From a virus, in the IMG/VR virus record IMGVR_UViG_3300045988_095842: a DNA stretch of 64,000 nt. One strand, given 5' to 3'. The position numbers were made by a program, and so were the translations under genes. Shown here piece by piece: positions 8,571-15,266 of this stretch. The stretch's first letter is position 1, and each line of letters starts with the position of its first letter. The notes beneath the pieces were generated by a model. That model had not been told where the DNA came from. It did not search any database and saw only the letters and a list, made by a program, of their open reading frames with translations.

Positions 8571-8647
8571 TACTTCCACCTCTTGAAATCAAAATACCCC
8601 TGCAGCAACACACCGCAGGGGCAAAAACTCACTGTTACAGTGTGACA

Positions 8648-9274
8648 CTATGCATAGTAACCGCCGTTACATCCGGAAGGCATTGCATAAGGGTATGTCC
8701 CCCATGCAGCCATGTTCACCTTCGGAATGCCGCAGAGCTGCTGACTGGTGTAAAGCTCATTTACACGGGCCTGCAGAGCATCGATTTTATTCTGCTGCAT
8801 CATGGCTCTGGTCTTCTCGCCTTCCTCATGAACAGCCGTCTGCGTTGCATTGGCGAAGTTCGCCATGTCGTAGCGAACCGCGTCGATGTTGCGGTTTGTG
8901 TCGCAGCAGCATTTCTGCATTCCAGCGAAACCGTTGTTCGTAGCTGCTTCGAGATCACGAATTTCACCAAGTACGTTGTAATTCGCATCCTTGACAGCTC
9001 CGGTTGTGTCGTAAGCGCTCTGTCTTACTGCATCAACGATTTCATTGTTCTGGCGCTCAAGTGCCGCAAAGTCTGTAGACCTCTGGATGTCTCCAACTGT
9101 TGCCTGGCGGTCAGCTCCGCCATTTCCAAACAGTCCACCGCCTCTTCCCATAAACATGAGTACAAGCAGTGCAAAGATCCACATCCCACCGCCACAATCG
9201 CCGAACATGCCGTTTTTGCTGCCGGTTACTGCGGAGATATCCGCAAGACTAGGAATATAAGCATTTCCGTCCAT
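8648..9274 (-). CDS. membrane-anchored coiled-coil protein with CCC motif
   Basis: N-terminal hydrophobic segment MWIFALLVLMFMG, Gly-rich flank, helical core, QKCCCD, C-terminal CNGGYYA. Confidence 0.6.
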   Translation of the reverse strand: MDGNAYIPSLADISAVTGSKNGMFGDCGGGMWIFALLVLMFMGRGGGLFGNGGADRQATVGDIQRSTDFAALERQNNEIVDAVRQSAYDTTGAVKDANYNVLGEIRDLEAATNNGFAGMQKCCCDTNRNIDAVRYDMANFANATQTAVHEEGEKTRAMMQQNKIDALQARVNELYTSQQLCGIPKVNMAAWGTYPYAMPSGCNGGYYA

Positions 9275-9357
9275 TTTTAATACCTCTCATCAGGTATAGT
9301 GGGTGGGGACGATTGTCCCCTATCTGTATCTATGATCTGCGCAAAATCATATCTTTT

Positions 9358-9594
9358 TCAGCGGCGGAAAAGTCCGCCGAACTGTGCCATCATCTGAGCC
9401 TGCTGCATAGCCGCATCAGGATCTATTCCCTTAATCTGGCATACCCTCCGGAATACTTTTTCCGGATTTGTTTTCTGCATAAGTGATCCAAGCCGGAACA
9501 AATCCTGCGGACTACTGATCCCCTGCATCGCTGCCTGCACTGCCTGATCCAGCTTTACGCTTTCCTGATCCGGCTGTTGAAACACGTTCGCCAT
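9358..9594 (-). CDS. hypothetical protein (start set to ATG 9594)
   Basis: RBS AAGGAG 4 nt upstream of ATG (MANVFQQ..); overlaps 3' end of 9512..10012 by 83 nt. Confidence 0.5.
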   Translation of the reverse strand: MANVFQQPDQESVKLDQAVQAAMQGISSPQDLFRLGSLMQKTNPEKVFRRVCQIKGIDPDAAMQQAQMMAQFGGLFRR

Positions 9595-10012
9595 ACTGCT
9601 CCTTTTTCCAGGCTTCAAATTCTGCCCTGGTTAAATACTCCTGGGGCTGAGCGACATCCGTGTTTTGTGCCGGAATAGCTGGAACACTGTCCACAATTTC
9701 GGTATAATCAAAAACACGGATGGACCCATATCCACCTCCATCTGTTGTCTTCAAGTAAAATCTCTGCCTGTTTTTATCAAACAGCGGAACAACCTTATTT
9801 GGAGGCAGCGGATAGGCTCTTGCCCCTTCCTCTCCGTTCACCATGATCAGTGGCTGCTGATCTGGTGGTGGAAGCTGAGGAGACGGCTGAGCATACGGGG
9901 AATATGGATTCATCCCATTCCCATAGCTATTCATTCCATTCATTCCAAATCCACCGTAGTAGCCCATATCGTCAGTCCTCCTTGCTTCTGAGTAAATGGT
10001 ACTATCTGACAT
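9512..10012 (-). CDS. hypothetical protein with G/N/Y/P-rich low-complexity N-terminus
   Basis: GYYGGFGMNGMNSYGNGMNPYSPYAQPSPQLPPPDQQP then conserved-looking core IMVNGEEGARAYPLPPN..FYLKTTDGGGYGSIRVFDY. Confidence 0.6.
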   Translation of the reverse strand: MSDSTIYSEARRTDDMGYYGGFGMNGMNSYGNGMNPYSPYAQPSPQLPPPDQQPLIMVNGEEGARAYPLPPNKVVPLFDKNRQRFYLKTTDGGGYGSIRVFDYTEIVDSVPAIPAQNTDVAQPQEYLTRAEFEAWKKEQYGERVSTAGSGKRKAGSGSAGSDAGDQ

Positions 10013-10088
10013 CTAAAATTTCTTGTGTAATTTTAGCGGATTTTTACCTAATTTTTTGGGTATACTCAGAAACATCGAGGAAAAACTA

Positions 10089-10670
10089 ATGGAATATCGA
10101 CTAGAAAAGCTAACTTCTGACATGCTCGCCGACTCGCGAATTTGCAAGCAGAAAAGCCAACAATATATGGCTAAAGAGCTTGGAAAATCGCTTTCGACAA
10201 TCCAAAACTGGGAGACTGGCGCGACTGTGCCAAAAATGACTGACATGCTCAGGTGGTTTAATGTGCTCGGAATCAATCCACTTCGGGCTTGTCTGGAATA
10301 TGTCCATCCAGTCATCTACAAAGGAATCCATGACGGCGATGACATTGAAAAAATCGATAAAGCCCTCCTACACTATATCCAGAATGTCGCTCCGGAACGA
10401 GAACGCCGTGAACTTGCTTTCTGCATTTTCGGAGAGACAGGATCTTCATGGTCTGCACAGCTTGATGAGCTGACCGCACGGAATCATCTGCCAATCCAAG
10501 ACAGAATCAGCATATCTAAGATGACTGTCGATACCTATGAACTGGACTCTGCGATAGGAAAGCTGCGATGCGATGACAAAATTCTTCCAGATATCCAGAA
10601 TGTGAAGGGCGCAATTTCAAAGTGCACAGAGTGTGCAAAAGACGGAAAAGATGCCTACCAAAACACATGA
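10089..10670 (+). CDS. XRE-family HTH regulator with uncharacterised C-terminal domain
   Basis: SQQYMAKELGKSLSTIQNWETGATVP HTH; ATG 10089 preceded by GAGGA; divergent from the 10012->7603 operon. Confidence 0.7.
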   Translation: MEYRLEKLTSDMLADSRICKQKSQQYMAKELGKSLSTIQNWETGATVPKMTDMLRWFNVLGINPLRACLEYVHPVIYKGIHDGDDIEKIDKALLHYIQNVAPERERRELAFCIFGETGSSWSAQLDELTARNHLPIQDRISISKMTVDTYELDSAIGKLRCDDKILPDIQNVKGAISKCTECAKDGKDAYQNT

Positions 10671-10787
10671 CATAAGAAAAGGCAGCCTCATCCGAGAGGC
10701 CGCCAAACAGGAAAAGAAATGACGAAGAAACGATACTGATATTATACGATTCTCCCTTCGTCTTTTCAATTTTGTGCAGGAAGAGCC

Positions 10788-10816
10788 TTGACTGATTGAA
10801 AAGTGCGGTGTATATA
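10788..10816 (+). promoter_or_regulatory. Sigma-A-type promoter driving the mini-CRISPR array
   Basis: TTGACT (10788-10793), 17-nt spacer, TATATA (10811-10816); AT-rich leader ends at first repeat. Confidence 0.6.
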
Positions 10817-10823
10817 TATAAAT

Positions 10824-10960
10824 ATGTTCCCTGCGTTAGCGCGGGTGACCCGTCCGGTTAGGTTGCAGCCTCCGGACTTTTTTAATGTTTCCCGCGTTAG
10901 CGGGGGTGACCCTTTAAAAATGATGGGCCAAGTGTTTCCTGCGTTAGCGGGGTATAAGAA
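10824..10960 (+). CRISPR. Orphan mini-CRISPR array, 3 type I-E-like repeats, 2 spacers (33 nt and 19 nt)
   Basis: R1 ATGTTCCCTGCGTTAGCGCGGGTGACCC (10824-10851), R2 ATGTTTCCCGCGTTAGCGGGGGTGACCC (10885-10912), R3 GTGTTTCCTGCGTTAGCGGGGTATAAGAA (10932-10960); CCCGC-GTTA-GCGGG hairpin as in I-E repeats; no cas genes in window. Confidence 0.7.
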
Positions 10961-10990
10961 AAGGAACCGGATTTTTCCGGTTCCTTTTTT
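10961..10990. terminator. Bidirectional rho-independent terminator between array (+) and 11001..11219 (-)
   Basis: GGAACCGG-n6-CCGGTTCC stem flanked by an A-rich stretch upstream and T6 downstream. Confidence 0.75.
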
Positions 10991-11000
10991 CTCTTTTCTG

Positions 11001-11219
11001 TCATTCCGGTCGCCACCATGCGGCCAGATCCGTTTCTTTTTCATGTGATCTTGCGAAATCTACCAGGTCATCCCACATCTTGTCCGGATCATCATATTTA
11101 TGGTAATCCAGCCCTGCGAACTCACAAAGGCCTTCATAAACCTCTGTGTCGAAGTCGTTCCAGCACTCTGCTTTTTCGATTGCTTTCATCGTTTCTTTAA
11201 ATTCTTTCAAAGTTGTCAT
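11001..11219 (-). CDS. small strongly acidic protein (anti-defence candidate)
   Basis: 72 aa with 20 D/E versus 9 K/R; downstream of RHH gene and operator-like repeats; convergent on the array. Confidence 0.6.
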   Translation of the reverse strand: MTTLKEFKETMKAIEKAECWNDFDTEVYEGLCEFAGLDYHKYDDPDKMWDDLVDFARSHEKETDLAAWWRPE

Positions 11220-11252
11220 ATCGTTCCATCCCTTCCGGCCTGTCGGCCTTGT

Positions 11253-11296
11253 TTGACTAAATCTTTGACTAAATCTTGGACTATCTTGAACTAAAT
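11253..11296. repeat. Four tandem 10-12-bp direct repeats (operator-like)
   Basis: TTGACTAAATCT, TTGACTAAATCT, TGGACTATCT, TGAACTAAAT head-to-tail between RHH gene and acidic-protein gene. Confidence 0.7.
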
Positions 11297-11560
11297 TTTT
11301 CTTCCCATCTTCTCAGATACCGCAGCCAAAATGTACTCACTCATACTTACCCCTTCCTTCCTGGCAGCTTCCCTGATGGCAGCTTTCTCTCCTTTTGGAA
11401 AGGCAAGGCTTATCCGATCATAATTTTCTCTTATATAGTCATTCTTGTACTTGACCTGATCAAACGGTTCTCCTTTTTTCTTCACGCTTCCTCCTTGATC
11501 TTGCCATGAAAACCTCTTATACTGCTGATAAGAGATTTGGGCGGCTTCTGGCAAGTCCAC
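11291..11560 (-). CDS. Ribbon-helix-helix (Arc/CopG-like) DNA-binding protein; likely true start GTG 11485
   Basis: KKKGEPFDQVKYKNDYIRENYDRISLAFPKGEKAAIREAARKEGVSMSEYILAAV fits RHH pattern; AAGGAGG precedes GTG at 11485. Confidence 0.6.
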   Translation of the reverse strand: MDLPEAAQISYQQYKRFSWQDQGGSVKKKGEPFDQVKYKNDYIRENYDRISLAFPKGEKAAIREAARKEGVSMSEYILAAVSEKMGRKI

Positions 11561-11584
11561 CGCCCTTTTCTCTGCCCGTTGTCC

Positions 11585-11722
11585 TTACTTATCCAGTAAG
11601 GACTTTACTTTTGCCTTGGCTTCTTCCAGATCCTTGCTCTCATTGAGCAGTTCCAAAATCTTTCTGGTCTGGTTTTCCTCAGCTACTTCCTTCAGGATTT
11701 CTCCCAGGTTCATATCGTCCAT
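11585..11722 (-). CDS. small hypothetical protein (45 aa, hand-called)
   Basis: MDDMNLGEILKEVAEENQTRKILELLNESKDLEEAKAKVKSLLDK; below ORF-track cutoff. Confidence 0.35.
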   Translation of the reverse strand: MDDMNLGEILKEVAEENQTRKILELLNESKDLEEAKAKVKSLLDK

Positions 11723-11816
11723 AAAGACTCCTTTCTTCGCTTGCCCGATACTAGGTAAAAGGCCTATCCCTTACCCGCAACTATATAATAGCATATCTTA
11801 CGTAATATGTAAATAG

Positions 11817-11865
11817 TAAAATAAAAATAGGGACAGGTAGCTGTACGCACTACTCTGCCCCTATT
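11817..11865 (-). terminator. Rho-independent terminator at end of late/lysis transcription unit
   Basis: AATAGGG(A)CAG ... CTG(C)CCCTATT stem followed on minus strand by TTTTTATTT. Confidence 0.65.
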
Positions 11866-11992
11866 GCCGGCCTTATGCTACCCACCTCTGCATAAGATAT
11901 GCATCCGGACTAACGCACAGACGCCCCCAGTGGTCGCGATCCACTTCTCTATTTTTTCGCTACTGCTATTATAGCATTCTCTCAATACTTAA

Positions 11993-12103
11993 TCACTCAT
12001 CCCACCACATCATTATTCCAGCAGCCGTGACAGCCGCAAGTGCAGCCAGATAAGCAGCTCCAAGACCAACGCCGACGCACGCCAGCAATATCAGTGCTCC
12101 CAT
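11993..12103 (-). CDS. 36-aa hydrophobic membrane peptide coupled to endolysin gene
   Basis: MGALILLACVGVGLGAAYLAALAAVTAAGIMMWWDE; RBS GGAGGG 6 nt upstream, 13 nt after endolysin stop. Confidence 0.45.
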   Translation of the reverse strand: MGALILLACVGVGLGAAYLAALAAVTAAGIMMWWDE

Positions 12104-12116
12104 TTGACCCTCCGCA

Positions 12117-12887
12117 TTACTTTTGCAAATACTGGAGTGAGATCCAGTACCCGGTTCCTGTCAGTCTGCCCCATCCTTCTGTTTCTTTGTCGATACTGAC
12201 TACCATGTTGGGAGGCAGGCGCATCTCCTGCCCTCCAAGCTTGACCGTGCCAAATCGCGTGCCAGGTCCAAGTCTGACATTAAGATACGATGATACTTTG
12301 ACGATTCCTGCATATTGCCGCACTGCGTCTCCCCTCCCGTTTCCGTTCGCCGTGGTCACTTTTGATCCGGTCGAAATATTGATAACTACATGATGTGCTT
12401 CAGCCAGGACAATATCTCCAGGAATCAGATATGCATCCGAGGTCAGATACTTGCTTTCCGTCATGCACTCAAAACCCACTGCGATCAAAGCCTGCTTCAA
12501 TGTCCATGTGGTATTGGACGGCGATACCTGTTGAAGTCTTGTCAGCCCAAGCTGATGACCAGCCGCGATGACTGCCGCTGCTGTGCTTGCTGAGCAATCC
12601 GACTCGCAAGCTGAAGTGATCCGCTCCGGATGCCAGCCGGAAAGCTTCAATTGATTGTAGTAGGTCAGTCTTTCGTTCTGGTCATATCCAATCTTGCTGT
12701 TTTTTGCAGCCTGTGTGGCGATTTCAGCAATCTTTTTGCCAACCTTGATATCTGGATGCCTCAGCACGCAATCCCACCCGTAAGACGGACGGTAGAAGGA
12801 TCTCAGATAGTACTCTGTGCCGGTCTGATCTCCGGCCTTGCCGCCTCGGTACCGTCCATTTTCATCATGACCGCAAGAACTAACCAT
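12117..12887 (-). CDS. Endolysin: N-terminal Cys-type peptidoglycan hydrolase-like domain plus C-terminal SH3b
   Basis: Position after holins; SSYLNVRLGPGTRFG...GWGRLTGTGYWISLQYL is SH3_3-like; start ATG 12887 overlaps holin stop. Confidence 0.75.
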   Translation of the reverse strand: MVSSCGHDENGRYRGGKAGDQTGTEYYLRSFYRPSYGWDCVLRHPDIKVGKKIAEIATQAAKNSKIGYDQNERLTYYNQLKLSGWHPERITSACESDCSASTAAAVIAAGHQLGLTRLQQVSPSNTTWTLKQALIAVGFECMTESKYLTSDAYLIPGDIVLAEAHHVVINISTGSKVTTANGNGRGDAVRQYAGIVKVSSYLNVRLGPGTRFGTVKLGGQEMRLPPNMVVSIDKETEGWGRLTGTGYWISLQYLQK

Positions 12888-13239
12888 TTGCTTTTGCCTC
12901 CGCGCTCTTCTGCGAGTTTTCTTTTTTACTCTTTGTATTTGTACTCGCACTATGGAGCTGATATACTGCCGCCTCAATAAGGTTTGATAATTGGTCATCG
13001 CTCATGCTGATATGGAGATCATCAAGTGCCTCTCGTGCCACAGTCATAGCAAGTTCTTTCCGCTCAGCACCAGATTTCTGCCAGAGCGTCTGCTGTGCCG
13101 CAAGGACCGCCTTGCCAACCTCATTCTGCGCAAGCTTCTGCTTCAGGGCTCTCGAAATCACCGGTACCACATACACAGCCAAAAGGCCGAAAATAAGCTT
13201 TACTGCAAGCTCTACAAGCTCATACGTCTGATTATTCAT
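12880..13239 (-). CDS. Holin, LL-H-like family
   Basis: N-terminal TM (LIFGLLAVYVVPVI) then AVLAAQQ...G..RKELA...LDDLHISMSDDQLSNLIEAAV pattern typical of LL-H holins. Confidence 0.65.
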   Translation of the reverse strand: MNNQTYELVELAVKLIFGLLAVYVVPVISRALKQKLAQNEVGKAVLAAQQTLWQKSGAERKELAMTVAREALDDLHISMSDDQLSNLIEAAVYQLHSASTNTKSKKENSQKSAEAKANG

Positions 13240-13523
13240 CCTTCACCTCCAATTGAATCTTCCGCCTCGTTCGGGTCTGCCTCAATATCAAGATCCGCCT
13301 CGTCCGGCATTGTCTCTTCTTTTCTTTTTCTCTTATGCTTGCTCTCGTAAATCCTCCAGAGGATGCCGGCTTCCGCAGTCGCAAATGCAAAGTATCCTGT
13401 GACCAGGGCAGACGGTTCCGCGCCGACAAGAGCAAAAACTTTGAACGTCTCTACTACAAAAAGAATCGTCCCGATCCCCAGGAGGATCAGGACGACATCC
13501 GTAAACTTTATTCTGTTTTTCAT
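13236..13523 (-). CDS. Two-TM holin-like membrane protein with charged C-terminus
   Basis: VVLILLGIGTILFVV and LVTGYFAFATAEAGILW segments, then KHKRKRKEE and an acidic tail. Confidence 0.6.
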   Translation of the reverse strand: MKNRIKFTDVVLILLGIGTILFVVETFKVFALVGAEPSALVTGYFAFATAEAGILWRIYESKHKRKRKEETMPDEADLDIEADPNEAEDSIGGEG

Positions 13524-13924
13524 TACACCACTCCAAGCTCCTTGCGCTTCCGTTCCCTGTCAAGATGCTTGGCCTCTTCGTCCGTTACTACCTCGAGCTT
13601 TCCACACTCGTTGTAACCTGTTTCGCAGTCGCCGTTTCCTCCAAGCTCTCTATACGGGGCATACAGGTAATTCAGGTTGGTCTTTTCTCTCGTGGTGATT
13701 GCTCCGCGCTCAAGGATCTTGTCCGTAAGATACAGGATCTTGTCGTGCTCAAGGCCAAGGATCGCACGGCTCTGCGCACTCTGATTGGCCTCTTTCTTTT
13801 CATTTTTCTTGTCATGCCGCTGGATCAGGTATACGATCAGCCCGGTTCCACCGGAACCGACTATTCCTGTTACTACGGCTGTTGCTAGTGCTAGCACTTC
13901 TGGAGTCATCGTCCCTCCCCCCAT
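13523..13924 (-). CDS. Single-TM lysis-cassette membrane protein
   Basis: N-terminal TM ALATAVVTGIVGSGGTGLIVYLI; TAATG coupling with upstream small ORF. Confidence 0.6.
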   Translation of the reverse strand: MGGGTMTPEVLALATAVVTGIVGSGGTGLIVYLIQRHDKKNEKKEANQSAQSRAILGLEHDKILYLTDKILERGAITTREKTNLNYLYAPYRELGGNGDCETGYNECGKLEVVTDEEAKHLDRERKRKELGVV

Positions 13925-14100
13925 TACTTTTCAAGTACAAAAAAGAGCGATGCAGGATCTGCAATTCTTTCCTGTAACGCTCCAACTGTCATCGTTTTGC
14001 AATCATAGTATGCTTCTATTCCAAAATCTACACATACTATTTTCTTTCCATTTTGGACGTTCGTAAGAACGTCCGTTGATTTAATCTGTGTGACTTTCAA
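13924..14100 (-). CDS. small hypothetical protein (58 aa, TTG start, hand-called)
   Basis: RBS AAAGGAGG before TTG; KVTQIKSTDVLTNVQNGKKIVCVDFGIEAYYDCKTMTVGALQERIADPASLFFVLEK. Confidence 0.45.
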   Translation of the reverse strand: MKVTQIKSTDVLTNVQNGKKIVCVDFGIEAYYDCKTMTVGALQERIADPASLFFVLEK

Positions 14101-14145
14101 AGTACTGCCTCCTTTCTGGTCACAACTTTATAGTTTACAGTAATG

Positions 14146-14991
14146 TCATGCCGCATAGTAGCAGTAGAACGTGCCAGTGACGGAGCCTTCCCCTCCAGAT
14201 TCGCCAATGTTATTGGTGCACCTCAGATTCGTGACAGTCAATACTCCATTTGAGGAGTTATATGACATTGAGCATTCCACAGAGCTGTCTACTTTTGTAC
14301 CTTTCATATATGTTTCCTGGTTCCCCCAATGGTTATCTGTTCTTTTGACGGATGTTGGAACAAAAGCAAAGTTTTCAATTGTGAAATCATGGAATCCAGG
14401 AATAGCTGCAGCTGAATATGTACCGTCCCCACCAGTTCCGATAGCAACTCTGTACAGCTTTTTGCTCGCATACCCAGACTTATACGAAGCACTCTCTTCA
14501 TTTACTCTTGCGTCCGCATCAGACATGCCTGCGTTATATGCCCCGTCTCCGGACACGTAGCCCTGCCCGCTGTGATAACCGGCCGGAATTGTGACATTTC
14601 CTTTTCCAGTCGTCTTGCCGGTCCACGCTCCATTATTCGGCATACTGCCAGCCACATTTTCAGCCGTCGCGGACGAAAACGTCTTCCCACTCAGGACGTC
14701 CGCTTCTGCTGCGTTCCCGGTGGGATTTCTAAAAGGGGTTACTGCTCCATTCTTGCCGTTCTTGTATCCCCATCTGCCGGAAGAATCCGTATCAAAGTAC
14801 AGATCTCCAACCTTGAGCTCCAGCTTCTCCGCACGGTCTCCGAGAGTCTTCCCCATACGTGCATCAAGCACATACCCGGCATCCGTTGTGGTTGCGTCAT
14901 TCCGGACTCCATTTGCATCAAGCTTGCGCTTGAGTGCTGCCGCAATCGAATCATTGATCTTACTCAGCATTGATATCGGTACTAAAGCCAT
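14146..14991 (-). CDS. Tail fibre / receptor-binding protein
   Basis: Position after baseplate genes; AEADVLSGKTFSSATAENVAGSMPNNG motif common in Firmicutes phage fibres. Confidence 0.65.
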   Translation of the reverse strand: MALVPISMLSKINDSIAAALKRKLDANGVRNDATTTDAGYVLDARMGKTLGDRAEKLELKVGDLYFDTDSSGRWGYKNGKNGAVTPFRNPTGNAAEADVLSGKTFSSATAENVAGSMPNNGAWTGKTTGKGNVTIPAGYHSGQGYVSGDGAYNAGMSDADARVNEESASYKSGYASKKLYRVAIGTGGDGTYSAAAIPGFHDFTIENFAFVPTSVKRTDNHWGNQETYMKGTKVDSSVECSMSYNSSNGVLTVTNLRCTNNIGESGGEGSVTGTFYCYYAA

Positions 14992-14994
14992 TGA

Positions 14995-15252
14995 TTACAC
15001 CTTCCCTTCTGCAAATTTCGCAATCTCTGCATTCATTTCCGCCTCTGTCATCTCTACCGGCTTTGCGTTCTTAATCTTTTCATCTGTAGACTTTTCCAGA
15101 TCCTGTACCTGGTTCAGCAGGTACCGGTCATTCTGGAGAAACGTCTGATAGTACCCATTTACAAAAGATGCCTCAACGTAGTCAGACTGCTTTACCTGTT
15201 CCACATGCGATACATTAAAATCCGGTTCTGCCGGGACACTAAATGCCGCCAT
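14995..15252 (-). CDS. hypothetical tail-associated protein
   Basis: 85-aa ORF between baseplate and fibre genes. Confidence 0.55.
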   Translation of the reverse strand: MAAFSVPAEPDFNVSHVEQVKQSDYVEASFVNGYYQTFLQNDRYLLNQVQDLEKSTDEKIKNAKPVEMTEAEMNAEIAKFAEGKV

Positions 15253-15266
15253 GCTTGCCCTCCTTT

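Noticed and set aside
9512-9594. The 83-nt overlap between 9512..10012 and 9358..9594, as a possible programmed frameshift
   Set aside because: The downstream frame is +1, no slippery or shifty-stop motif lies at the junction, and the downstream ATG has its own strong RBS (AAGGAG). I treated them as two overlapping genes. The tail of the upstream ORF may be fortuitous.
10766-11048. ORFs 10766..11044 (-) and 10803..11048 (+) spanning the repeat locus
   Set aside because: They are created by reading through the three CRISPR-like repeats and the terminator. They have no RBS, and the repeat-encoded peptide segments are an artefact. The region is better explained as a non-coding array.
11253-11296. 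Plus-strand promoter reading (TTGACT ... CTAAAT) within the operator-like repeats, which could drive an antisense RNA to the RHH gene
   Set aside because: The -10 match is weak and there is no downstream plus-strand feature. The repeats are more simply regulator-binding sites.
13910-13924. G6 run at the very start of 13523..13924 (ATG GGG GGA GGG), as another phase-variable tract
   Set aside because: The tract is shorter and interrupted, there is no paralogue comparison indicating alternative lengths, and the gene is in frame with TAATG coupling. There is not enough evidence.
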